NCBI RefSeq assembly: GCF_009914755.1
Contig: NC_060933.1
Direction: 5' to 3' (one strand)
Origin: the human T2T-CHM13v2.0 reference genome, Homo sapiens
DNA length: 64,000 bases
In this document: piece after piece, positions 14,090 to 28,900 of the stretch
Position numbering within the stretch: the stretch's first letter is position 1
Layout: each line of letters opens with the position of its first letter
Notes under the pieces: model-generated
What the model was told of the DNA's origin: nothing
What the model saw: only the letters and a program-made list of their open reading frames with translations
Database searches by the model: none
Translations under genes and position numbers: made by a program

Positions 14090-17000
14090 ATAGAATCAAT
14101 CCGAATGTAATGGAATGGAATGCAACGGAATGGAATGGAATGGAATGCAATGGAATGCAATCAACCAGAGTACAATGGAATGGAATGGAATGGAATGGAA
14201 TGGAATGGAATGCCTTCAAACCGAATGGAATGGAAAGGAATGGAATCAACACGAGTGGAATGGAATGGAATGGAATTGAATGGAAGGGAATGATACGGAA
14301 TAGAATGGAATGGAACGAAATGGAATGGAATGAAATGGAATGGAATGGAATGGAATGGAATGGAATGGAATGGTTCCGAGTGGAATATGAGGGAATGTAT
14401 TCGAGTGGAATGGAAAGGAATGGAATCAACCAGAGTGGAATGGAAGGGAATGGAATGGAATGGAAACTAATAGAATGGAATCAACCCGAGTGGAATGGAA
14501 TGGAAAGGACTGGAATGGAATGGAACGGAATGGAATCAACTCGATTGTAATGGAATGGAATGGAATGTAATGGAATGGAATGGAATTAACCCGAATACAA
14601 TGGAATGGAATGGAATGGAACGGAATGGAGTGGAATGGAATGGAATCAACCCGAGTGCAGGGGAATGGAATGGAATGGAATGCAATGGAATGGAATCATC
14701 CGGAATGGAATAGAATGGAATGGAATGCAAAGCAATGGAATCAACTCGATTGCAATGGAATGGAATGGAATGGAAAGGAATACATTGGAATCAACCCGAG
14801 TGGAATGGAATGGAAAGGACTGGAATGGAGTGGAATGGAATGGAATGGAATGGAATGGAATCAACTCGATTGGAATGGAATGGAATGGAATGGAATGGAA
14901 TGGAATTAACCCGAATAGAAAGGAATGGAATGGAATGGAACGGAACGGAACGGAACGGAATGGAATGGAATGGAATGGAATTGAATGGAATGGAATGGAA
15001 TCAACCCGACTGCAGGGGAATGGAATGGAATGGAATGCAATGGAATGGATTCAACTTGAATGGAATGGAAAGAATGGAATCAACACGAGTGGAATGGCAT
15101 GGATTGGAATGGAATGGAATGGAATGAACCCGAGTACAGGGGAATGGAATGGAATGGAATGCAATGGAATGGAATCATCCGGAATGGAATGCAATGGAAT
15201 GGAATGGAATGGAATGGAATGGAATGGAATGGAATCAACTCGATTGCAATCGAATGGAATGGAATGGAATTAACCCGAATAGAATGGAATGGAATGGAAT
15301 GGAACGGAAGGGAACAGAATGGAATGGAATGGAATGGAATGGAATGGAATGGAATGGAACGGAAATGAATGGAATGGAATGGAATGGAATGTAATGGAAT
15401 GGAATGGAATCAACGCGAGTGCAGGGGAATGGAATGGAATGGAATGCAATGGAATGGAATCTTCCGGAATGGAATGGAATGGAATGGAATGGAATGGAAT
15501 GGAATAAACCCGAGTGCAATGGAATGGAGTGGAATGGAATGGAATGGAATGGAACAGCCCGAATGGAATGGAATGTAATGGAGAGTAAGGGAGTTGAATA
15601 GAATCAATCCGAATGTAATGGAATGGAATGGAACGGAATGGAATTGAATGGAATGGAATGGAATGCAATGGAATGGAATCAACCCGACTGCAATGGAATG
15701 GAGAGGAATGGAATGGAATGGAATGGAAACTACCCGAATGGAATGGAATGTAATGGAGTGTAAGGGAATTGAATAGAATCAATCCGAATGTAATGGAATG
15801 GAATGGAATGGAATGGAATGCAATGGAATGGAATCAACCCGAGTGCAATTGAATGGAATCGAATGGAATGGAATGCAATGGAATGGATTCAACTTGAATG
15901 GAATGGAAAGAATGGAATCAACAGGTGTGGAAGGGCATGGATTAGAATGCAATGGAATGGAATCAACCCGAGTACAGGGGAATGGAATGGAATGGAATGC
16001 AATGGAATGGAATCAACACGATTGCAATCGAATGGAATGGAATGGAATTAACCCGAATAGAATGGAATGGAATGGAATGGAACGGAACGGAATGGAATGG
16101 AATGGAATCAACCCGAGTGCAGGGGAATGGAATGGAATGGAATGCAATGGAATGGAATCATCCGGAATGGAATGGAATGGAATGGAATGCAAAGCAATGG
16201 AATCAACTCGATTGCAATGGAATGGAATGGAATGGAAAGGAATACATTGGAATCAACCCGAGTGGAATGGAATGGAAAGGACTGGAACGGAGTGGAATGT
16301 AATGGAATGGAATGGAATGGAATCAACTCGATTGGAATGGAATGGAATGGAATGGAATGGAATGGAATGGAATGGAATGGAAAGGAATTAACCCGAATAG
16401 AATGGAATGGAATGGAATGGAACGGAACGGAACGGAATGGAATGGAATGGAATGGAATGGAATGGAATGGAATGGAATCAACCCGACTGCAGGGGAATGG
16501 AATGGAATGGAATGCAATGGAATGGATTCAACTTGAATGGAATGGAAAGAATGGAATCAACACGAGTGGAATGGCATGGATTGGAATGGAATGGAATGGA
16601 ATCAACCCGAGTACAGGGGAATGGAATGGAATGGAATGCAATGGAATGGAATCATCCGTAATGGAATGGAAAGGAATGGAATGGAATGGAAAGGAATGGA
16701 ATGGAATGGAATCAACTCGATTGCAATCGAATGGAATGGAATGGAATTAACCCGAATAGAATGGAATGGAATGGAATGGAACGGAACGGAATGGAATGGA
16801 ATGGAATGGAATGGAATGGAATGGAACGGAACGGAATGGAATGGAATGGAATGGAATGGAATGGAATCAACGCGAGTGCAGGGGAATGGAATGGAATGGA
16901 ATGAAATGGAATGGAATCTTCCGGAATGGAATGGAATTGAATGGAATGGAATGGAATGGTATGGAATAAACCCGAGTGCAATGGAATGGAGTGGAATGGA

Positions 17001-20000
17001 ATGGAATGGAATGGAACAACCCGAATGGAATGGAATGTAATGGAGACTAAGGGAGTTGAATAGAATCAATCCAAATGTAATGGAATGGAAAGGAACGGAA
17101 TGGAATTGAATGGAATGGAATGGAATGCAATGGAATGCAATCAACCAGAGTACAATGGAATGGAATGGAATGGAATGGAATGGAATGGAATGCCTTCAAA
17201 CCGAATGGAATGGAAAGGAATGGAATCAACACGAGTGGAATGGAATGGAATGGAATGGAATGGAAGGGAATGATACGGAATAGAATGGAATGGAACGAAA
17301 TGGAATGGAATGGAATGGAATGGAATGGAATGGAATCGTTCCGAGTGGAATAGGAGGGAATGTATTCGAGTGGAATGGAAAGGAATGGAATCAACCAGAG
17401 TGGAATGGAAGGGAATGGAATGGAATGGAAACTAATAGAATGGAATCAACCCGAGTGGAATGGAATGGAAAGGACTGGAATGGAATGGAATGGAATGGAA
17501 TCAACTCGATTGTAATGGAATGGAATGGAATGGAATGGAATGGAATGGAATTAACCCGAATACAATGGAATGGAATGGAATGGAACGGAATGGAGTGGAA
17601 TGGAATGGAATCAACCCGAGTGCAGGGGAATGGAATGGAATGGAATGCAATGGAATGGAATCATCCGGAATGGAATGGAATGGAATGGAATGCAAAGCAA
17701 TGGAATCAACTCGATTGCAATGGAATGGAATGGAATGGAAAGGAATACATTGGAATCAACCCGAGTGGAATGGAATGGAAAGGACTGGAATGGAGTGGAA
17801 TGGAATGGAATGGAATGGAATGGAATCAACTCGATTGGAATGGAATGGAATGGAATGGAATGGAATGGAATTAACCCGAATAGAATGGAATGGAATGGAA
17901 TGGAACGGAACGGAACGGAATGGAATGGAATGGAAAGGAATGGAATGGAATGGAATGGAATCAACCCGACTGCAGGGGAATGGAATGGAATGGAATGCAA
18001 TGGAATGGATTCAACTTGAATGGAATGGAAAGAATGGAATCAACACGAGTGGAATGGCATGGATTGGAATGGAATGGAATGGAATGAACCCGAGTACAGG
18101 GGAATGGAATGGAATGGAATGCAATGGAATGGAATCATCCGGAATGGAATGGAATGGAATGGAATGGAATGGAATGGAATGGAATCAACTCGATTGCAAT
18201 CGAATGGAATGGAATGGAATTAACCCGAATAGAATGGAATGGAATGGAATGGAACGGAACGGAACAGAACGGAATGGAATGGAATGGAATGGAATGGAAT
18301 GGAATGGAATGGAATGGAACGGAAAGGAATGGAATGGAATGGAATGGAATGGAAAGGAATGGAATGGAATCAACGTGAGTGCAGGGGAATGGAAAGGAAT
18401 GGAATGCAATGGAATGGAATCTTCCGGAATGGAATGGAATGGAATGGAATGGAATGGAATGGAATAAACCCGAGTGCAATGGAATGGAGTGGAATGGAAT
18501 GGAATGGAATGGAACAGCCCGAATGGAATGGAATGTAATGGAGAGTAAGGGAGTTGAATAGAATCAATCCGAATGTAATGGAATGGAATGGAACGGAATG
18601 GAATTGAATGGAATGGAATGGAATGCAATGGAATGGAATCAACCCGAGTGCAATGGAATGGAGAGGAATGGAATGGAATGGAATGGAAACTACCCGAATG
18701 GAATGGAATGTAATGGAGTGTAAGGGAATTGAATAGAATCAATCCGAATGTAATGGAATGGAATGGAATGGAATGGAATGCAATGGAATGGAATCAACCC
18801 GAGTGCAATCGAATGGAATCGAATGGAATGGAATGCAATGGAATGGATTCAACTTGAATGGAATGGAAAGAATGGAATCAACACGAGTGGAAGGGCATGG
18901 ATTAGAATGCAATGGAATGGAATCAACCCGAGTACAGGGGAATGGAATGGAATGGAATGCAATGGAATGGAATCATCCGTAATGGAATGGAAAGGAATGG
19001 AATGGAATGGAATGGAATGGAATGGAATGGAATGGAATGGAATCATCCCGAGTGCAGGGGAATGGAATGGAATGCAATGGAATGGAATGGAATGGAATGG
19101 AATGGAGTGGAATGGAATGGAATCAACCCGAGTGCAGGGGAATGGAATGGAATGGAATGCAATGGAATGGAATCATCCGGAATGGAATGGAATGGAATGG
19201 AATGCAAAGCAATGGAATCAACTCGATTGCAATGGAATGGAATGGAATGGAAAGGAATACATTGGAATCAACCCGAGTGGAATGGAATGGAAAGGACTGG
19301 AATGGAGTGGAATGGAATGGAATGCAATGGAATGGAATGGAATGGAGTCAAGTTGATTGGAATGGAATGGAATGGAATGGAATGGAATGGAATGGAATGG
19401 AATCAACCCGACTGCAGGGGAATGGAATGGAATGGAATGCAATGGAATGGATTCAACTTGAATGGAATGGAAAGAATGGAATCAACACGAGTGGAATGGC
19501 ATGGATTGAAATGGAATGGAATGGAATCAACCCGAGTACAGGGGAATGGAATGGAATGGAATGCAATGGAATGGAATCATCCGTAATGGAATGGAAAGGA
19601 ATGGAATGGAATGGAATGGAATGGAATGGAATGGAATGGAATCAACTCGATTGCAGTCGAATGGAATGGAATGGAATTAACCCGAATAGAATGGAATGGA
19701 ATGGAATGGAACGGAACGGAATGGAATGGAATGGAATGGAATGGAATGGAATGGAATGGAACGGAACGGAATGGAATGGAATGGAATGGAATGGAATGGA
19801 ATGGAATCAACGCGAGTGCAGGGGAATGGAATGGAATGGAATGAAATGGAATGGAATCTTCCGGAATGGAATGGAATTGAATGGAATGGAATGGAATGGT
19901 ATGGAATAAACCCGAGTGCAATGGAATGGAGTGGAATGGAATGGAATGGAATGGAACAACCCGAATGGAATGGAATGTAATGGAGACTAAGGGAGTTGAA

Positions 20001-23000
20001 TAGAATCAATCTAAAGGTAATGGAATGGAAAGGAACGGAATGGAATTGAATGGAATGGAATGGAATGCAATGGAATGCAATCAACCAGAGTACAATGGAA
20101 TGGAATGGAATGGAATGGAATGGAATGGAATGCCTTCAAACCGAATGGAATGGAAAGGAATGGAATCAACACGAGTGGAATGGAATGGAATGGAATGGAA
20201 TGGAAGGGAATGATACGGAGTAGAATGGAATGGAACGAAATGGAATGGAATGGAATGGAATGGAATGGAATGGAATCGTTCCGAGTGGAATAGGAGGGAA
20301 TGTATTCGAGTGGAATGGAAAGGAATGGAATCAACCAGAGTGGAATGGAAGGGAATGGAATGGAATGGAAACTAATAGAATGGAATCAACCCGAGTGGAA
20401 TGGAATGGAAAGGACTGGAATGGAATGGAATGGAATGGAATCAACTCGATTGTAATGGAATGGAATGGAATGGAATGGAATGGAATGGAATTAACCCGAA
20501 TACAATGGAATGGAATGGAATGGAACGGAATGGAGTGGAATGGAATGGAATCAACCCGAGTGCAGGGGAATGGAATGGAATGGAATGCAATGGAATGGAA
20601 TCATCCGGAATGGAATGGAATGGAATGGAATGCAAAGCAATGGAATCAACTCGATTGCAATGGAATGGAATGGAATGGAAAGGAATACATTGGAATCAAC
20701 CCGAGTGGAATGGAATGGAAAGGACTGGAATGGAGTGGAATGGAATGGAATGGAATGGAATGGAATCAACTCGATTGGAATGGAATGGAATGGAATGGAA
20801 TGGAATGGAATTAACCCGAATAGAATGGAATGGAATGGAATGGAACGGAACGGAACGGAATGGAATGGAATGGAAAGGAATGGAATGGAATGGAATGGAA
20901 TCAACCCGACTGAAGGGGAATGGAATGGAACGGAACGGAATGGAATGGAATGGAAAGGAATGGAATGGAATGGAATGGAATCAACCCGACTGCAGGGGAA
21001 TGGAATGGAATGGAATGCAATGGAATGGATTCAACTTGAATGGAATGGAAAGAATGGAATCAACACGAGTGGAATGGCATGGATTGGAATGGAATGGAAT
21101 GGAATGAACCCGAGTACAGGGGAATGGAATGGAATGGAATGCAATGGAATGGAATCATCCGGAATGGAATGGAATGGAATGGAATGGAATGGAATGGAAT
21201 GGAATGGAATGGAATCAACTCGATTGCAATCGAATGGAATGGAATGGAATTAACCCGAATAGAATGGAATGGAATGGAATGGAACGGAACGGAACAGAAT
21301 GGAATGGAATGGAATGGAATGGAATGGAATGGAACGGAAAGGAATGGAATGGAATGGAATGGAATGGAATGGAATGGAATGGAATCAACGCGAGTGCAGG
21401 GGAATGGAATGGAATGGAATGCAATGGAATGGAATCTTCCGGAATGGAATGGAATGGAATGGAATGGAATGGAATGGAATGGAATAAACCCGAGTGCAAT
21501 GGAATGGAGTGGAATGGAATGGAATGGAATGGAACAGCCCGAATGGAATGGAATGTAATGGAGAGTAAGGGAGTTGAATAGAATCAATCCGAATGTAATG
21601 GAATGGAATGGAACGGAATGGAATTGAATGGAATGGAATGGAATGCAATGGAATGGAATCAACCCGAGTGCAATGGAATGGAGAGGAATGGAATGGAATG
21701 GAATGGAAACTACCCGAATGGAATGGCATGTAATGGAGTGTAAGGGAATTGAATAGAATCAATCCGAATGTAATGGAATGGAATGGAATGCAATGGAATG
21801 GAATCAACCCGAGTGCAATCGAATGGAATCGAATGGAATGGAATGCAATGGAATGGATTCAACTTGAATGGAATGGAAAGAATGGAATCAACACGAGTGG
21901 AAGGGCATGGATTAGAATGCAATGGAATGGAATCAACCCGAGTACAGGGGAATGGAATGGAATGGAATGCAATGGAATGGAATCATCCGTAATGGAATGG
22001 AAAGGAATGGAATGGAATGGAATGGAATGGAATGGAATGGAATGGAATGGAATCATCCCGAGTGCAGGGGAATGGAATGGAATGCAATGGAATGGAATGG
22101 AATGGAATGGAATGGAGTGGAATGGAATGGAATCAACCCGAGTGCAGGGGAATGGAATGGAATGGAATGCAATGGAATGGAATCATCCGGAATGGAATGG
22201 AATGGAATGGAATGCAAAGCAATGGAATCAACTCGATTGCAATGGAATGGAATGGAATGGAAAGGAATACATTGGAATCAACCCGAGTGGAATGGAATGG
22301 AATGGACTGGAATGGAGTGGAATGGAATGGAATCAACCCGACTGCAGGGGAATGGAATGGAATGGAATGCAATGGAATGGATTCAACTTGAATGGAATGG
22401 AAAGAATGGAATCAACACGAGTGGAATGGCATGGATTGGAATGGAATGGAATGGAATCAACCCGAGTACAGGGGAATGGAATGGAATGGAATGCAATGGA
22501 ATGGAATCATCCGTAATGGAATGGAAAGGAATGGAATGGAATGGAATGGAATGGAATGGAATCAACTCGATTGCAGTCGAATGGAATGGAATGGAATTAA
22601 CCCGAATAGAATGGAATGGAATGGAATGGAACGGAACGGAATGGAATGGAATGGAATGGAATGGAATGGAATGGAACGGAACGGAATGGAATGGAATGGA
22701 ATGGAATGGAATGGAATGGAATGGAATCAACGCGAGTGCAGGGGAATGGAATGGAATGGAATGAAATGGAATGGAATCTTCCGGAATGGAATGGAATTGA
22801 ATGGAATGGAATGGAATGGTATGGAATAAACCCGAGTGCAATGGAATGGAGTGGAATGGAATGGAATGGAATGGAACAACCCGAATGGAATGGAATGTAA
22901 TGGAGACTAAGGGAGTTGAATAGAATAAATCTAAAGGTAATGGAATGGAAAGGAACGGAATGGAATTGAATGGAATGGAATGGAATGCAATGGAATGCAA

Positions 23001-25900
23001 TCAACCACAGTACAATGGAATGGAATGGAATGGAATGGAATGGAATGGAATGCCTTCAAACCGAATGGAATGGAAAGGAATGGAATCAACACGAGTGGAA
23101 TGGAATGGAATGGAATGGAATGGAAGGGAATGATACGGAGTAGAATGGAATGGAACGAAATGGAATGGAATGGAATGGAATGGAATGGAATGGAATCGTT
23201 CCGAGTGGAATAGGAGGGAATGTATTCGAGTGGAATGGAAAGGAATGGAATCAACCAGAGTGGAATGGAAGGGAATGGAATGGAATGGAAACTAATAGAA
23301 TGGAATCAACCCGAGTGGAATGGAATGGAAAGGACTGGAATGGAATGGAATGGAATGGAATCAACTCGATTGTAATGGAATGGAATGGAATGGAATGGAA
23401 TGGAATGGAATTAACCCGAATACAATGGAATGGAATGGAATGGAACGGAATGGAGTGGAATGGAATGGAATCAACCCGAGTGCAGGGGAATGGAATGGAA
23501 TGGAATGCAATGGAATGGAATCATCCGGAATGGAATGGAATGGAATGGAATGCAAAGCAATGGAATCAACTCGATTGCAATGGAATGGAATGGAATGGAA
23601 AGGAATACATTGGAATCAACCCGAGTGGAATGGAATGGAAAGGACTGGAATGGAGTGGAATGGAATGGAATGGAATGGAATGGAATCAACTCGATTGGAA
23701 TGGAATGGAATGGAATGGAATGGAATGGAATGGAATGGAATTAACCCGAATAGAATGGAATGGAATGGAATGGAACGGAACGGAACGGAATGGAATGGAA
23801 TGGAAAGGAATGGAATGGAATGGAATGGAATCAACCCGACTGCAGGGGAATGGAATGGAATGGAATGCAATGGAATGGATTCAACTTGAATGGAATGGAA
23901 AGAATGGAATCAACACGAGTGGAATGGCATGGATTGGAATGGAATGGAATGGAATGAACCCGAGTACAGGGGAATGGAATGGAATGGAATGCAATGGAAT
24001 GGAATCATCCGGAATGGAATGGAATGGAATGGAATGGAATGGAATGGAATGGAATGGAATCAACTCGATTGCAATCGAATGGAATGGAATGGAATTAACC
24101 CGAATAGAATGGAATGGAATGGAATGGAACGGAACGGAACAGAATGGAATGGAATGGAATGGAATGGAATGGAATGGAACGGAAAGGAATGGAATGGAAT
24201 GGAATGGAATGGAATGGAATGGAATGGAATCAACGCGAGTGCAGGGGAATGGAATGGAATGGAATGCAATGGAATGGAATCTTCCGGAATGGAATGGAAT
24301 GGAATGGAATGGAATGGAATGGAATGGAATAAACCCGAGTGCAATGGAATGGAGTGGAATGGAATGGAATGGAATGGAACAGCCCGAATGGAATGGAATG
24401 TAATGGAGAGTAAGGGAGTTGAATAGAATCAATCCGAATGTAATGGAATGGAATGGAACGGAATGGAATTGAATGGAATGGAATGGAATGCAATGGAATG
24501 GAATCAACCCGAGTGCAATGGAATGGAGAGGAATGGAATGGAATGGAATGGAAACTACCCGAATGGAATGGCATGTAATGGAGTGTAAGGGAATTGAATA
24601 GAATCAATCCGAATGTAATGGAATGGAATGGAATGGAATGGAATGCAATGGAATGGAATCAACCAGAGTGCAATCGAATGGAATCGAATGGAATGGAATG
24701 CAATGGAATGGATTCAACTTGAATGGAATGGAAAGAATGGAATCAACACGAGTGGAAGGGCATGGATTAGAATGCAATGGAATGGAATCAACCCGAGTAC
24801 AGGGGAATGGAATGGAATGGAATGCAATGGAATGGAATCAACACGATTGCAATCGAATGGAATGGAATGGAATTAACCCGAATAGAATGGAATGGAATGG
24901 AATGGAACGGAACGGAATTGAATGGAATGGAATCAACCCGAGTGCAGGGGAATGGAATGGAATGGAATGCAATGGAATGGAATCATCCGGAATGGAATGG
25001 AATGGAATGGAATGCAAAGCAATGGAATCAACTCGATTGCAATGGAATGGAATGGAATGGAAAGGAATACATTGGAATCAACCCGAGTGGAATGGAATGG
25101 AAAGGACTGGAATGGAGTGGAATGTAATGGAATGGAATGGAATGGAATCAACTCGATTGGAATGGAATGGAATGGAATGTAATTAACCCGAATAGAATGG
25201 AATGGAATGGAATGTAACGGAATGGAACGGAATGGAATGAAATGGAATGGAATGGAATGGAATGGAATGGAATCAACCCGACTGCAGGGGAATGGAATGG
25301 AATGGAATGCAATGGAATGGATTCAACTTGAATGGAATGGAAAGAATGGAATCAACACGAGTGGAATGGCATGGATTGGAATGGAATGGAATGGAATCAA
25401 CCCGAGTACAGGGGAATGGAATGGAATGGAATGCAATGGAATGGAATCATCCGTAATGGAATGGAAAGGAATGGAATGGAATGGAATGGAATGGAATGGA
25501 ATGGAATCAACTCGATTGCAGTCGAATGGAATGGAATGGAATTAACCGGAATAGAATGGAATGGAATGGAATGGAACGGAACGGAACGGAACGGAACGGA
25601 ATGGAATGGAATGGAATGGAATGGAACGGAAAGGAATGGAATGGAATGGAATGGAATGGAATGCAATGGAATGGAATCAATGCGAGTGCAGGGGAATGGA
25701 ATGGAATGGAATGCAATGGAATGGAATCTTCCGGAATGGAATGGAATGGAATGGAATGGAATGGAATGGAATGGAATAAACCCGAGTGCAATGGAATGGA
25801 GTGGAATGGAATGGAATGGAATGGAACAACCCGAATGGAATGGAATGTAATGGAGAGTAAGGGAGTTGAATAGAATCAATCCGAATGTAATGGAATGGAA
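14090..25900 (+). repeat. ~2.9 kb higher-order repeat, about 4 copies, each a dimer of ~1.5 kb subunits
   Basis: TGCCTTCAAACCG at 14211, 17191, 20131, 23051. GGAACAGCCCG at 15551, 18511, 21531, 24376. GCAAAGCAATGG...AAGGAATACATTGG recurs about every 1.34-1.58 kb. Confidence 0.88.
20845..21005 (+). repeat. 80 bp tandem duplication private to one 2.9 kb unit
   Basis: TCAACCCGACTG(A/C)AGGGGAA at 20901 and 20981; only a single copy in sister units (e.g. 17961, 23831). Confidence 0.82.
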
Positions 25901-28900
25901 TGGAAAGGAATCGAGTTGAATGGAATGGAATGGAATGCAATGGAATGGAATCAACCCGAGTGCAATGGAATGGAAAGGAATGGAATGGAATGGAATGGAA
26001 ACTACCCGAATGGAATGGAATGTAATGGAGTGTAAGGGAATTGAATAGAATCAATCCGAATGTAACGGAATGGAATGGAACGGAATGGAATGGAATGGAA
26101 TGGAATGGAATGGAATGGAATGGAATGCAATGGAATGGAATCAACCCGAGTGCAATCGAATGGAATCGAATGGAATGGAATGCAATGGAATGGATTCAAC
26201 TTGAATGGAATGGAAAGAATGGAATCAACACGAGTGGAAGTGCATGGATTGGAATGCAATGGAATGGAATCAACCTGAGTACAGGGGAATGGAAGGGAAT
26301 GGAATGCAATGGAATGGAATCATCCGTAATGGAATGGAAAGGAATGGAATGGAATGGAATGGAATGGAATGGAATGGAATGGAATCAACTCGATTGCAAT
26401 CGAATGGAATGGAATGGAATTAACCCAAATAGAATGGAATGGAATGGAATGGAACGGAACGGAACGGAATGGAATGGAATGGAATGGAATGGAATGGAAT
26501 GGAACGGAACGGAACGGAATGGAATGGAATGGAATGGAATGGAATGGAATGGAATCAACGCGAGTGCAGGGGAATGGAATGGAATGGAATGCAATGGAAT
26601 GGAATCTTCCGGAATGGAATGGAATGGAATGGAATGGAATGGAATGGAATGGAATGGAATCAACCCGAGTGCAATGGAATGGAGTGGAATGGAATGGAAT
26701 GGAATGGAACAACCCGAATGGAATGGAATGCAATGGAGAGTAATGGAGTTGAATAGAATCAATCCGAATGTAATGGAATGGAATGGAACGGAATGGAATG
26801 GAATGGAATGGAATGGAATGCAATGGAATGGAATCAACCCGAGTTCAATGGAATGGAGAGGAATGGAATGGAATGGAATGGAAATTACCCGAATGGAATG
26901 TAATGTAATGGAGTGTAAGGGAATTGAATAGAATCAATCCGAATGTAATGGAATGGAATGGAACGGAATGGAATGGAATGGAATGGAATGGAATGCAATG
27001 GAATGGAATCACCCCGAGTGCAATCGAATGTAATCGAATGGAATGGAATGCAATGGAATGGATTCAACTTGAATGGAATGGAAAGAATGGAATCAACACG
27101 AGTGGAATGGCATGGATTGGAATGGAATGGAATGGAATCAACCCGAGTACAGGGGAATGGAATGGAATGGAATGCAATGGAATGGAATCATCCGTAATGG
27201 AATGGAAAGGAATGGAATGGAATGGAATGGAATGGAATGGAATGGAATGGAATGGAATGGAATCAACCCGAGTGCAGGCGAATGGAATGGAATGCAATGG
27301 AATGGAATGGAATGGAATGGAGTGGAATGGAATGGAATCAACCCGAGTGCAGGGGAATGGAATGGAATGGAATGCAATGGAATGGAATCATCCGGAATGG
27401 AATGGAATGGAATGGAATGCAAAGCAATGGAATCAACTCGATTGCAATGGAATGGAATGGAATGGAAAGGAATACATTGGAATCAACCCGAGTGGAATGG
27501 AATGGAAAGGACTGGAATGGAGTGGAATGGAATGGAATGCAATGGAATGGAATGGAATGGAATCAACTTGATTGGAATGGAATGGAATGGAATTGAATGG
27601 AATGGAATGGAATGGAATGGAATCAACCCGACTGCAGGGGAATGGAATGGAATGGAATGCAATGGAATGGATTCAACTTGAATGGAATGGAAAGAATGGA
27701 ATCAACACGAGTGGAATGGCATGGATTGGAATGGAATGGAATGGAATCAACTCGAGTACAGGGGAATGGAATGGAATGGAATGCAATGGAATGGAATCAT
27801 CCGTAATGGAATGGAAAGGAATGGAATGGAATGGAATGGAATGGAATGGAATGGAATGGAATCAACTCGATTGCAATCGAATGGAATGGAATGGAATTAA
27901 CCCGAATAGAATGGAATGGAATGGAATGGAACGGAACGGAATGGAATGGAATGGAATGGAATGGAATGGAGTGGAATCAACGCGAGTGCAGGGGAATGGA
28001 ATGGAATGGAATGAAATGGAATGGAATCTTCCGGAATGGAATGGAATGGAATGGAATGGAATGGAATGGTATGGAATAAACCCCAGTGCAATGGAATGGA
28101 GTGGAATGGAATGGAATGGAATGGAACAACCCGAATGGAATGGAATGTAATGGAGATTAAGGGAGTTGAATAGAATCAATCCAAATGTAATGGAATGGAA
28201 TGGAACGGAATGGAATTGAATGGAATGGAATGGAATGCAATGGAATGGAAACTTCCGGAATGGAATGGAATGGAATGGAATGGAATGAAATGCAATGGAT
28301 TCAACTCGATTGCAATGGAATGGAATAGAACGGAATGGAATGGAATGGAATGGAACTAATCCGAATAGAATGGAATGGAATGGAATGGGATTAACCTGAA
28401 TAGAATGGAAAGGAATGGAATGGAATGGAATGGAATGGTATGGAATGGAATGGAATGGTACGGAATAGAATGGAATGGAACGAATTGTATTGGAATGGAA
28501 TTGAATGGAATGGAATGGAATTGAATGGAATCAACGTGAGCGCAGGGGAATGTAATGGAACGGAATGCAATGGAATGGAATCATCCGGAATGGAATGGAA
28601 TGGAATGGAATGGAATGGAATGGAATGGAACAACCCGAATGGAATGGAATATAATGGAGAGTAAGGGAGTTGAATAGAATCAATCGGAATGTAATGGAAT
28701 GGAATGCAACGGAATGGAATGGAATGGAATGGAATGGAATGGAATGGAATGGAATGCAAAGGAATGGAATCAACCCGAGTGGAATGGCATGGAATGGAAT
28801 GCAATGGAATGGAATGGAATGGTATCAACTCGAGTAGAAAGGAATGGAATGGAATGGAAAGGAATGGAATGAAATCAACTCGAGTGGAATGGAATGGAAT

